Shown here: piece by piece, positions 55,311 to 64,000 of the stretch
Layout of the letters: each line of letters opens with the position of its first letter
Position numbering within the stretch: position 1 is the stretch's first letter
Assembly (NCBI RefSeq): GCF_016903815.1
Contig: NZ_CP069973.1
DNA from: Escherichia coli
GTDB lineage: Bacteria > Pseudomonadota > Gammaproteobacteria > Enterobacterales > Enterobacteriaceae
Reading direction: 5' to 3' (one strand)
Length of the DNA: 64,000 bases
Notes under the pieces: model-generated
What the model saw: only the letters and a program-made list of their open reading frames with translations
What the model was told of the DNA's origin: nothing
Databases searched by the model: none
Made by a program: the position numbers and the translations under genes

Positions 55311-55420
55311 CGCTTCATCACCAACGGTGACGCTCGCTGTATTTGATATTTTTCGGGTAAAAACCCCGGTTTCTGGGTCATATGATAAATGACGCTTCAA
55401 CTCTTCATGTGAAATCATTA

Positions 55421-56839
55421 TTACTCCAGCCTAATAGAGCAGCCTGAGAGAGTGACAGGTGATTTAGTGATAACGCGCAATTTGAAGCCGACATTTTTCC
55501 TGATGTGCCCGACTCGCTTCCACAAAACACGTTTGTCATAAACGAACGGTTCATTCTGCTCAATCATCTGCTCACGCCCGTAATTGATGCCGTCAGTGGT
55601 TGCAGAGAGGAACAGGCGGTCGGCGTACTGAGCTACGCCAGTGGATGATTCCACCTCCAGATCGAAGCATCTGGCGTTATCCGCTTTGAACAGTGGAGTA
55701 AACAGCAGGTGTTCCTGTTGAAGCCCATACTGACTGCTGATATCGAACTGCAATTTCCCGGTCACCGATTCCAGCTTATCGCCGCACGTTATCTGATTTC
55801 CTTCGTAAATGAAGTCGATAGCGCGGTACACATCGTCATACAAGCCTGTTTTCAGTACACACCATTGCGGACCATTGGCGCTTGAAGATGCGTCGTACAC
55901 GAGAACATGGCGAGGAAGGTGGATAATCAGCAACTCATGAGCATCAAACCGCAGAGATTCCATCACACCATCAGCCAGTTCATCAGCAGTGTAGGAGCGG
56001 AGGATTTTCTCAATGCTCGCGCTGGCAATTGGTGACACCTGACCGGAGCCGATGATATACACAGACGGCGCACCCGTTGCCGGATTGCTGATGAACGCAT
56101 ACGAATCAGCAAACGGCGTTTTGCAGTAAGTCCCGGCGATGCCTTTTTGCACCATCAGTGATGGCTGTGCGACATACAAAGCAGCACCAACGGTGGTTGC
56201 GCCAGTCAGGGAGAAATATTCAATAGTCGATGAACCAAAGCAGACGATGAAGTCTCGCCATGTCCCGATACCGATGATGCCGTCCGGCTGAGACTCGGCA
56301 CGATATTGTGCGCTGTAACGGTCAGGATGCGATTCGTCTTCAAGGTCAGTGATGAACCATGAATCAGTACCATCTTTTGACCACGCATAACGCCCACGTA
56401 AGCGAGTAATGTCGCGGACTGAGCCTAACTCATACTGCGTGAATCCGCTGTCTGTAGGCCAGTTTGAGACGGTTTTAACCGTGCCATCATAGCGATACTC
56501 GACCAGTTGACCATTAACGCCTACTGCCTGTGATGTCCTACCATGCGCCATTGATACGCGACCACTTCCGGCAACATCACCGACCTCGCTTTCGCCTTTG
56601 TACAGCTTGCCACCACACACGCGATAAACAGCATTCTGCGCCATGTTGTACTCGACGCCACGCGATACGCCGTTCACATCAGAACGTTTGGCAATGCCCG
56701 GGAATGAGCGAAGATATCCGCTGCTGTTAAGGATTTCTTTTGGTGTAGCCAACATATTCACTGGCAGATAGTCGATATAGTCGGCGTTTCGGAAGTCTTT
56801 GCCGACACCTTTCATAAGCGGAAGTTGCTGAATCGGCAT
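55421..56839 (-). CDS. tail hub protein (P22 gp10-like)
   Basis: 472 aa, the same length as P22 gp10 as recalled. Position is between the gp4-like gene and the needle gene. Confidence 0.85.
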   Translation of the reverse strand: MPIQQLPLMKGVGKDFRNADYIDYLPVNMLATPKEILNSSGYLRSFPGIAKRSDVNGVSRGVEYNMAQNAVYRVCGGKLYKGESEVGDVAGSGRVSMAHGRTSQAVGVNGQLVEYRYDGTVKTVSNWPTDSGFTQYELGSVRDITRLRGRYAWSKDGTDSWFITDLEDESHPDRYSAQYRAESQPDGIIGIGTWRDFIVCFGSSTIEYFSLTGATTVGAALYVAQPSLMVQKGIAGTYCKTPFADSYAFISNPATGAPSVYIIGSGQVSPIASASIEKILRSYTADELADGVMESLRFDAHELLIIHLPRHVLVYDASSSANGPQWCVLKTGLYDDVYRAIDFIYEGNQITCGDKLESVTGKLQFDISSQYGLQQEHLLFTPLFKADNARCFDLEVESSTGVAQYADRLFLSATTDGINYGREQMIEQNEPFVYDKRVLWKRVGHIRKNVGFKLRVITKSPVTLSGCSIRLE

Positions 56840-56847
56840 TTATTCAC

Positions 56848-57330
56848 CTATGCGTTTGGGATATCGCCATCAATCAGAGGGAGATCGCCTGGATAATATC
56901 GGTCAGATGTAAACACGTCATATTTATTACCCTGTCCTACAGGAAAATCTCCACGTCGTCGCATTGAAGGAACAACCAGAGTGTCGGTCATCAAGGCATC
57001 ATATGAGCGTTGGGCGTTACTGAGAACTTGCGGAGTTGGTTCAAGGCTGTAATCAGATAGCATTCTCAGCAATAACTGATAGCCTACTGCGTGTTTGTAT
57101 TTTCTTGGAAGACCTGACTCATCATCTGGTAATGGCTGCTCATCTCCAGTTGCGAAAGCGTAACCAATGTCGCCGGGGTTAATCATCCACTCGGACATCA
57201 TATCTTCCAGATCATTTACACCATCTTCAATTGATTGCGGCTCAACATCAGTCAGCGATGCATTAGAAGCAATAGCAAACTTACGAAGCGCAAAAAGGAC
57301 GATCTCACCCTTTGTCAGTACTGTTGCCAT
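56848..57330 (-). CDS. tail adaptor / head-completion protein (P22 gp4-like)
   Basis: 160 aa. ...[35 protein letters not shown] resembles P22 gp4 ([35 protein letters not shown]) as recalled. Confidence 0.88.
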   Translation of the reverse strand: [160 protein letters not shown]

Positions 57331-57490
57331 TGTCTGCCGCCTTACGACCTCGCTTACTGGTCGGTTTCAATTCATCAACTGAGGCAACAAAGCCCAACTT
57401 TTCGAAAAACTGGAAGTCTTTTTCTGCGATAACGGCCTGTACATGTCCGGATTCGTTATCTGCGGCAAGGAATACACTCATGCGATCCAT
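57305..57490 (-). CDS. small hypothetical protein between the coat gene and the gp4-like gene
   Basis: 61-aa ORF whose ATG follows AAGGAA (spacing 5 nt). It lies in the late-operon orientation and its 3' end overlaps the gp4-like start by 26 nt. No recognisable motif. Confidence 0.55.
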   Translation of the reverse strand: MDRMSVFLAADNESGHVQAVIAEKDFQFFEKLGFVASVDELKPTSKRGRKAADNGNSTDKG

Positions 57491-57502
57491 ATTGTTTCCT
57501 TA

Positions 57503-57528
57503 AAACATAAAAGGGGCGGAAGCCCCTT
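57503..57528 (-). terminator. hairpin immediately after the coat gene (putative partial terminator or RNA-stability element)
   Basis: aaggggc(57511-57517)/gcccctt(57522-57528) with a 4-nt loop, 5 nt after the coat stop, followed on the minus strand by ttatgtttt. Confidence 0.5.
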
Positions 57529-57532
57529 GTTA

Positions 57533-58804
57533 TTACGGATTACCGAAGAACTGACCGCCCATGTGAGGGTTAAAGCACACATATGCAGGCAGTAAGTCAA
57601 AGCGCATTTTTTGCACGTTGGCATCGCCATCTGCGTATTTATGTACGCGGATGGAGAAACCTTCATATGTTGCAACAGCAGAATCAATACTGTGCAGTTT
57701 CGGCAGTGGGATAGAGCCAAGTCCACAGAAGAACTTGTTATAGAACAGGTTTGGCTTCATTGTCTGGCTAGCAGTGCCTACTACAGATACGGCATCACCT
57801 GCCGCTACCTGACGACTTACAGAGTTGTACTGCGGGTTTGTAGTGTCATAAATCGGAACACCAGAAAGCGTAACCGTCACATCGCCACTGCTGTCTGAAT
57901 TAGCATCAGCAGTAACCGTTGCAGTGAAGCTAATTGGTGTGGCTCCGTTATACAACGCCTGTTTGGTCTGCTGTTGCAGCCAGTAGGTATTGGTGAATTT
58001 AACCTGATCACCAGCTTTCAGAAAACCTGTAACGCTGGCTGTCGCTCCGGTCAATGTTACAGTGAACTGGTATGAGTCTTTAACTGCGTTATAGGTAACA
58101 GTTGGCTGTGTTTTGACTGTCAGTGTTCCGCCAAATGCCCCCTGCGTACGAGAGGCAAGCCCATTAGACATCAGTGCGCGAATGCCGCCAAAATTGGTTG
58201 GAATCTGCGCATTCTCCCATGCAGTACGAACCAATTGATCTGAAGCGTGCAAACCAGTCTGCGCATCAGCAAGTCGCTGTGCAGACCATGGATCCATTAC
58301 AGCATAGTTTTCACCTACATTAACGCCGAGGTCTTTCAGGAAAGATGCCGTCTGCGCAACATCAGACCATTTGGTGATTGGAGTATTGGGGCTACCAAGT
58401 GACAACGCACCGTTATTCATCATGAAGTGAGCAAGCTCTGTTTCAAGGTCGGTAACGATTCGCTGGCGAACCGGCGCGAGAATTTCTTCCAGTTGGTTAA
58501 GCTTGATCGCTTCCTCCAGTTGCTGATATTCAACAGCAACAGTGATGTAGTTACCTACACGCCCCGTAGCTTTACCTGAGATCAGGTTGTTTTTATTTTG
58601 CCCTGAAATATCACCAGTGGGAGTACGGAGGGATGAGAATTGATGCGGACGTTTAAAGCTAACGCTATCGCCAGTGCTGGAGTTGATTTCACCTGCCAGC
58701 AACTGACGGTCTACGGTTTTCGCCAGAACTAAATCTGACATAAAACCAGGAAGGAATTTTTTCAGAACGATTTGACTGACGTTACTGTCGAGATTGTTAG
58801 GCAT
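57533..58804 (-). CDS. major capsid (coat) protein, P22/Sf6 type
   Basis: 423 aa (the Sf6 coat length as recalled). Position is after the scaffold gene in the canonical order. Confidence 0.85.
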   Translation of the reverse strand: MPNNLDSNVSQIVLKKFLPGFMSDLVLAKTVDRQLLAGEINSSTGDSVSFKRPHQFSSLRTPTGDISGQNKNNLISGKATGRVGNYITVAVEYQQLEEAIKLNQLEEILAPVRQRIVTDLETELAHFMMNNGALSLGSPNTPITKWSDVAQTASFLKDLGVNVGENYAVMDPWSAQRLADAQTGLHASDQLVRTAWENAQIPTNFGGIRALMSNGLASRTQGAFGGTLTVKTQPTVTYNAVKDSYQFTVTLTGATASVTGFLKAGDQVKFTNTYWLQQQTKQALYNGATPISFTATVTADANSDSSGDVTVTLSGVPIYDTTNPQYNSVSRQVAAGDAVSVVGTASQTMKPNLFYNKFFCGLGSIPLPKLHSIDSAVATYEGFSIRVHKYADGDANVQKMRFDLLPAYVCFNPHMGGQFFGNP

Positions 58805-58815
58805 TTATCTTTTCC

Positions 58816-59700
58816 TTATTCGATTTTTGCGCCGGGGCATAATTTGTTGAATTCGTCTTGTTTCGCATCAGCACCGCCACCACGTACTTCCGGCTCTGGC
58901 TTGATGGCTTTCTTTGGTTTTGGAGCAAGGCTTACCTGTTTGCTAATCTGCCCCAAGAGGAATGCTGCGCGAATTGGATCTGTCTCAGCGGCTACACGCT
59001 GGCGTAATTGCTGGCTCTTACCTAAGCCATAGGCGAGTAGTTCAGAGCCTTCGTCTGCACAGTGAATGATGATTTCCTGCTGAATTGGTGGTAGCTCACT
59101 AAGAACAATGGCCTCCATTTCCTGATAATCTTTCACAGGAAGTTTGGCTGCCCGTTGTTTATGCGCTTCTACCCTTTGCTGGAAACGCTGTTGGTATTCC
59201 TGTTGCTGACGTAGTTTTTGTTGCTGCTGCTGTTCGACACGGCCTTTTTTCTCATGCCAATCAGTCAATGCCTGTTCAAACGCCTGTTCGTCATAATCAC
59301 ACGACTCAAGAGTCGGTTTTGGTGGAATAGCGTCTGGTTGTGGTTGCTGATGTTCCGCAGGCTTGGCTAATGCTTCCTCAAGCTGGCGGCGCAACTCACG
59401 ATTTTCTTTCTGTGTTTCTTTGAAGCCTTTGCGAAGATCTTTCACCCATTGCGGTGCAGGTTGCCCGTCAATGTGATCATCATCGTCAGCGTTAAGCTGA
59501 ATTTCTTCATCACCAATACGCAAGGCGTAATCTTCTGGTGTCTCTTCGGTTTTTTCAGGATCAGTTGCCACCTCTTTACCGTTGTCATCCTGGCTTTCAT
59601 TCTCAGGCTGTGACTCTGTTTGGATGATGGTTTCTTCTGCATTTTCCTGTGTTTCAGACAGGTCAATAACCTGACCGTCGATGATCAGTTCGTTTTCCAT
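58816..59700 (-). CDS. scaffolding protein
   Basis: 294-aa highly charged Glu/Gln/Lys-rich helical protein between portal and coat, with a basic C-terminal coat-binding-like tail. Confidence 0.85.
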   Translation of the reverse strand: MENELIIDGQVIDLSETQENAEETIIQTESQPENESQDDNGKEVATDPEKTEETPEDYALRIGDEEIQLNADDDDHIDGQPAPQWVKDLRKGFKETQKENRELRRQLEEALAKPAEHQQPQPDAIPPKPTLESCDYDEQAFEQALTDWHEKKGRVEQQQQQKLRQQQEYQQRFQQRVEAHKQRAAKLPVKDYQEMEAIVLSELPPIQQEIIIHCADEGSELLAYGLGKSQQLRQRVAAETDPIRAAFLLGQISKQVSLAPKPKKAIKPEPEVRGGGADAKQDEFNKLCPGAKIE

Positions 59701-59713
59701 TGATTACTCCTGG

Positions 59714-61840
59714 TTAACTCGGCATTAAGTCTGCCGGTGACTGTGGTGGTGACTGGAATTGCTGTTGTTGTGACTCGGCGACATCTTTCAGAAGGCGTAT
59801 TGCCTCCATCACTGCTTTGTCATCGATGTTTCTGGCTTGAGCCAGTTTATAGACAGTGTTTGCCTGACTCTCCATCGCATCCTGCTGGGCAGTAAATGCT
59901 TTGATTTGAGTTTGAGCGGTTTCGTTAGTTGCTTTTTGCGCTTCTGCCTGCGCTGCTACCATTTGCGCCTGAGCGAGAACCATTTCAGGATTTGGCTGGC
60001 TTTGTGCTGCCATTTGCGCCTGTTGAACAATCTGCTGCTCTTTCTCATTGCGTGGTTTTGCAATACCAGATATCAGCAGTTGGTTTCGGTTGTACTCTTT
60101 GAAGTCATCAAGGCCTTCGCCATCGATATTGTCCAGAATAATACCCTGAATTGCCGGGCGCATTGGGTCTGTTGGAAGCATAGAGCTAAGGACATTTGTC
60201 AGTACAGAAACCGTTGCATCACGTCGTGCTGTGTAGCTTGGTCCAACATCAACCGTCACATCGTATCGACCGACAGAAAGGTCATTTAACGCAACAACAG
60301 CCCCTGTTTGCCTGTCAACAACCTGTGCGCTCAGGACAGCGATATCATCACTTCCATCTTCGTTAACTATGCGCACTTCACGCTCTGAACCGTACACTTC
60401 ACGCGCCATTGACAGCCATACTTCACCAGCGCGTTTAAGACTTTTCGCCATATTGTCCAGATAGATAAACGAAGCCATATCTGCTCTGTTCATCAAGTTG
60501 TTAACCGTTTCCTGAGCAATATTACTTGGCATCTGCTGCATGGCCTGACTGCCGCCTGTAACCTCCTGAATATCAGCACTGGTTTGCTGTAGTAATGCAG
60601 CCAATGCCTGATTCATAACCGCAGGCTGTGTATATCCTGCCGGGGTAGCTCCAGCGATAATGTTGCCAGATTTATCTCTCACTTCGCGCAACGGCAAGAA
60701 CGCTGGGCGTTTCTTGTTACGAGCCTCCCAGTGCTTCTCAAGTCCACGAATTTGCTCCATGCCAACTATAGGGATCTGACCGGGGTCTTGCGCTGCAGTA
60801 TCAGCCAGCATTGATACCTGAAGGTTATACAAACGCTGTGGATCCATTGCTTTTGCAATATGTCCTTCGACACGCTCAATGTCATCAATGAACCAGCGTT
60901 TTCCATAAACCGGGATGAGGGGGATATGCTCACCAGGAATACGTCGAGGTTTCTCAAGGAAACCATCACCATCCACTACGGATACATACACACGACGGCG
61001 CTTCACTGAGCGCCTTGCCACTTCATGAAATCCAGCTATTGCCAGTTCATCTTCAATATCTTCAACCTGATCACTGTCGTATGTTGCAATCTCTCCAGTG
61101 ATTGGATGTCGATAACTGATGACGTCAACAGACTCTTTACGAACTTCGTAATATTTCGCTATGTAAATAACATCTGCATCAAACCAGTCATATTCCCAAC
61201 TGGTCATAGACGTTACATCCAGAGAAGCAGGAGGTTTCTTTCCGTATTCAGCCTCATATTTTTCAGGTGACAACGAATACATGCAGAACGCCCACAACGC
61301 GTCAGATTTGTCGTACTTCTTAGCGTCAGGGTCAAACCACACAGAGCGCGACGGGTCGTATATTGGTTCAATAGCAATGCGCTGACGATCGTCCATGGGG
61401 TCGTATTCATTGACCAGCATCGACGTCAAACGGAAGCAACCGAAACCACCAGTAGCAGCGTCGTCAAATGCATTATCGCAAGCCTCACCGCCATCAGTTT
61501 CTTCGTAGTCAGCACGGAACAGACCATTTAATTTATTGGCTAACTCTTCGCTTGCCTCTCTGTCACCAGGACGAAACTTAACGGTGATTCTGTTATTGCG
61601 GTATTCTGCAATGATGCGGTTAAGTTCAGTTGCTACCTTATTGATTTCAAACTTAGGATACTTCTCGAACTGCTCATCAAGCTTAGTCCCAGCCGCCGTT
61701 GCTCCTTCCCATTGACCTCCGGGGACACGAGCAAACCTCGTAGCTTCAATGCACTTTTCGCGCACTTCCTGCTGTGGAGAATAGGCGCGGTCAAACCTGA
61801 GCATGATCCGCTCATGTTTTTTCTCTAATGTCTCTGCCAT
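59714..61840 (-). CDS. portal protein
   Basis: The ATG at 61840 gives MAETLEKKHERIMLRFD... (708 aa). It starts 2 nt after the terL stop. The ORF-track 24-codon N-terminal extension overlaps terL and is rejected. Confidence 0.88.
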   Translation of the reverse strand: MAETLEKKHERIMLRFDRAYSPQQEVREKCIEATRFARVPGGQWEGATAAGTKLDEQFEKYPKFEINKVATELNRIIAEYRNNRITVKFRPGDREASEELANKLNGLFRADYEETDGGEACDNAFDDAATGGFGCFRLTSMLVNEYDPMDDRQRIAIEPIYDPSRSVWFDPDAKKYDKSDALWAFCMYSLSPEKYEAEYGKKPPASLDVTSMTSWEYDWFDADVIYIAKYYEVRKESVDVISYRHPITGEIATYDSDQVEDIEDELAIAGFHEVARRSVKRRRVYVSVVDGDGFLEKPRRIPGEHIPLIPVYGKRWFIDDIERVEGHIAKAMDPQRLYNLQVSMLADTAAQDPGQIPIVGMEQIRGLEKHWEARNKKRPAFLPLREVRDKSGNIIAGATPAGYTQPAVMNQALAALLQQTSADIQEVTGGSQAMQQMPSNIAQETVNNLMNRADMASFIYLDNMAKSLKRAGEVWLSMAREVYGSEREVRIVNEDGSDDIAVLSAQVVDRQTGAVVALNDLSVGRYDVTVDVGPSYTARRDATVSVLTNVLSSMLPTDPMRPAIQGIILDNIDGEGLDDFKEYNRNQLLISGIAKPRNEKEQQIVQQAQMAAQSQPNPEMVLAQAQMVAAQAEAQKATNETAQTQIKAFTAQQDAMESQANTVYKLAQARNIDDKAVMEAIRLLKDVAESQQQQFQSPPQSPADLMPS

Positions 61841-61842
61841 GT

Positions 61843-63255
61843 TTACCAACCGGAGGATGAGGGAACGTATATTTCTGTTTCTTCGCGGACCAATGCCGGG
61901 CAATGCATACACATCATCAGCGCATCAGCCAGGTTAGGAGATGGGATACCGAGCTTCTGCTTCATTTCGACCTTAGTCATAAGCTCCAGCTTCCCGTTGT
62001 TATTGAATTTGCGCTGAATCTGCGTAAGTTCTGCAAACAGCTTCTCCAGCATCTTCTCGCCTATCGCTTCTTTGTCGAAACTCAGCATGTCGTCGGGGTC
62101 TGCATACTCACCATGGACAACCGCCCGATATGTCAGATACAGCCTGTCAGCCAGCGCGTAATAGAATTGCGCTCGCTTATTGCGGAACACATCGCCAATA
62201 GTGCGAACGTTGTCGCCCTGTACGACTTCATCAGCCCATGCTCCGGCCTGATACGGAGCATCTTCATCGAATGGCGATTCGCTGCCCTTGAACATCGTGG
62301 CGGTGATTTTCTTGCCGGAGAACGCTTCCGTTGTCTGTCTGCGTAGCCCAGCACCAACACCATCACCATCCCACAGGTAGTGGTCAGCGCCGTCTTCAAT
62401 CGCCAGCGAAGTAGCCCAGTCAGCACCCTCGTTGATGTCCATCAGCAGACCTTCGGCAATGCGCTTAACTACAGAACCGTGACGCGATGCATAACCTTTA
62501 GCATCTGGCCCTGTATCTGACGGGTCATGCGCAGAGACAACAGCGCCTTTCGCTTTCCATCCGAGTTTCTTGTGCGCATCGGTTGCGGCTTCAAGCCATT
62601 CACGTTTGATGATTGCCATATCACTTGCGCTTACTGGCTCACCCAGCCAGATGTGACGATACAGTGTCGGGTTTCTGCGTTTACACTCTTCCATCTCCAG
62701 ACGGAGAACTTCAGGAAAGTGCGGGTTGTCGGTGTAGTTCACCGTCAGCAGACAAATATCATCAGGAGGATTTACGACGAATCGCTGATAGGTATCGTCG
62801 AGGATGTTCTTCGGGTTAAAGCTCACCCATATTTCAGAGAACGGCTTACGGATGGTTGGAATCAGGATATCCCATGATTCCTTCGTTACCGCTTCCGCTT
62901 CTTCCACCCAGCAGATATCAATGCCTTCGAGCGATTTAATCTTCGTCGGGTTGTTTTTTATGCCGTAGAACATGAATTCAGCATTCGTTCCGAAATGACG
63001 AATCATTGAACGCTGAATTTCAAACTCAGCCGAATACCCTTCACGCTCGATGGTATCTTCAAGCAACCGGATTACCGAATCGCTGATACTGTTTTGCAGT
63101 TCACGAGCGCAGAGAATACGCACAGGCTGCCGACGCGCCGCTTCAACAAGCAGCCTCGCAATTGCCCATGACTTACCGCTACCTCGACCGCCTTTGGCGA
63201 CTTTGTAGCGATGCGCCTCAATGAACGGTTCAAAGATAGGATTAATCGAGGTCAT
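61843..63255 (-). CDS. terminase large subunit
   Basis: 470 aa with Walker A KGGRGSGKSW near the N-terminus and a nuclease-type C-terminal half. Overlaps terS by 4 nt. Confidence 0.9.
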   Translation of the reverse strand: MTSINPIFEPFIEAHRYKVAKGGRGSGKSWAIARLLVEAARRQPVRILCARELQNSISDSVIRLLEDTIEREGYSAEFEIQRSMIRHFGTNAEFMFYGIKNNPTKIKSLEGIDICWVEEAEAVTKESWDILIPTIRKPFSEIWVSFNPKNILDDTYQRFVVNPPDDICLLTVNYTDNPHFPEVLRLEMEECKRRNPTLYRHIWLGEPVSASDMAIIKREWLEAATDAHKKLGWKAKGAVVSAHDPSDTGPDAKGYASRHGSVVKRIAEGLLMDINEGADWATSLAIEDGADHYLWDGDGVGAGLRRQTTEAFSGKKITATMFKGSESPFDEDAPYQAGAWADEVVQGDNVRTIGDVFRNKRAQFYYALADRLYLTYRAVVHGEYADPDDMLSFDKEAIGEKMLEKLFAELTQIQRKFNNNGKLELMTKVEMKQKLGIPSPNLADALMMCMHCPALVREETEIYVPSSSGW

Positions 63256-63692
63256 TTTCCGAATAGAGTGCTCATCGGTGATGTTTCAATCTGGATTGCG
63301 CCGCCGTCTTTGCCTGTTAGCTCGTGATCAACCTTATCGCGCCATTTATCCTTCTGTCGGTTCTTAAGCCAGAAGATGGCGGCGGTTGTATCAGGCGGGT
63401 AATACTTCTCAAGCGGAGTTTCGACAATTCTGTTTTCAATAACACGAATATCGATGTCTGGAGCCACGAAGCCCATAGCGCGTTGATAAAGACGATCACT
63501 AACTTCTGCATCAGCGACGGCCTTACCCTTTTTTATGGACTCTAAAAACTCCGGATATTCCAATTTCCAATTGTTGATTGTTGCCTCGCTAACTTCAAAG
63601 AAGTCCGCGAGTTCGGCGTCTGTATAGCCCAGCAAGCACAGTTTGCGTGCCTGTTCGGCATACGCCTCTTGATACTTCGTTGGGCGCGCCAT
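63252..63692 (-). CDS. terminase small subunit
   Basis: 146 aa with an N-terminal HTH-like segment (YTDAELADFFEVSEATINNWK). Immediately upstream of terL with an overlapping stop/start. Confidence 0.8.
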   Translation of the reverse strand: MARPTKYQEAYAEQARKLCLLGYTDAELADFFEVSEATINNWKLEYPEFLESIKKGKAVADAEVSDRLYQRAMGFVAPDIDIRVIENRIVETPLEKYYPPDTTAAIFWLKNRQKDKWRDKVDHELTGKDGGAIQIETSPMSTLFGK

Positions 63693-63694
63693 GT

Positions 63695-63937
63695 TTATGC
63701 TCCGGTAGTGAACAGGTCTAACGCTTCCTTCGATTTACGCACCGCTTCGATAGTGCGGGTCGTGATATCTGAATTAGCGCTGCCTGACTGGAAGTGAATT
63801 TTGAATAGCTCAAGCTTCAGCTCGTCAGTGCCAATGAATTGAAATGCTTCTTCTGCGGCTGCGTTCTGGTTCATGACCAGTTTGTAAATCTCTAACTGGA
63901 ATTTCTGTTCTTCAGTCATGGGAATAATCTCTGCCAT
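63695..63937 (-). CDS. small hypothetical phage protein upstream of terS
   Basis: 80-aa acidic, helix-prone ORF whose ATG follows GGAG. Its stop lies 2 nt from the terS start. Confidence 0.55.
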   Translation of the reverse strand: MAEIIPMTEEQKFQLEIYKLVMNQNAAAEEAFQFIGTDELKLELFKIHFQSGSANSDITTRTIEAVRKSKEALDLFTTGA

Positions 63938-64000
63938 TGTTGGCTCCGTTTATCCGTTAAAAGGGATATCAGTTAAGTTATCCCGTGTAGGGTATAAGCC

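Larger units (their letters stand above)
53588..55418 (-). pseudogene. HNH-AP2 homing-endonuclease gene disrupted by IS2
   Basis: The 5' fragment is 55418-55306 ([38 protein letters not shown]). The 3' fragment is 53974-53588 (MCTGYLRIMVCGKRYLAHRLAWFY...DHINGDRTDNRFSNLRLANRSQN...YPGVCWHK...). Removing IS2 and one GTTCC copy restores one 164-codon frame. Confidence 0.85.
42835..64000. mobile_element. P22-like (Sf6/CUS-3-type) prophage integrated at argW; left ~21 kb, continues beyond the window
   Basis: Starts right after argW with a tyrosine integrase. It then has the P22 late-gene order read on the minus strand: terS, terL, portal, scaffold, coat, gp4, gp10, gp26, gp14, gp7, gp20, gp16, tailspike. 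attR is not in the window. Confidence 0.9.

Overview
Enterobacterial (E. coli/Shigella-type) chromosome followed by part of a prophage. All gene names rest on my recall of E. coli K-12 and phage P22/Sf6/CUS-3 proteins plus motifs read in the ORF track; no database search was possible.

Positions 1-42,834 are collinear with the K-12 hisP-to-argW segment. In order: hisPMQJ-argT, ubiX, purF-cvpA, dedD, folC-accD, dedA, truA-usg-pdxB, flk, yfcJ, fabB, mnmC, yfcL-epmC-yfcA-mepA-aroC-prmB, smrB, the yfcOPQRSUV chaperone-usher fimbrial operon, sixA, fadJI, yfcZ, fadL, yfdF, mlaA, yfdC and tRNA-Arg(CCU) argW. This stretch also contains REP/BIME elements and several recognisable operators: a PurR box, FadR boxes, the FabR/FadR region of fabB and a sigma54 promoter for argT.

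From 42,835 to the window end is the left ~21 kb of a P22-like (Sf6/CUS-3-type) prophage integrated at argW. It runs intS-like integrase, a two-gene AT-rich moron, tailspike, ejection proteins, tail needle, tail hub and adaptor, coat, scaffold, portal and terminase. attR and the early genes lie outside the window.

Most interesting points:
1. The lysogenic-conversion slot between int and tailspike does not hold gtrABC, oac or neuO. It holds a divergent pair: a cytoplasmic DUF1796-like protein and an exported SGNH/GDSL hydrolase.
2. The tailspike joins a conserved P22-type head-binding domain to an unrecognised AT-rich receptor-binding part. That part is contiguous with the moron, so the two may form one specificity cassette.
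3. An HNH-AP2 homing-endonuclease gene sits between the gp10-like and gp26-like tail genes. It is itself split by a complete 1331-bp IS2 with a perfect 5-bp target duplication, placed inside the late operon.

No CRISPR array and no rRNA were found.
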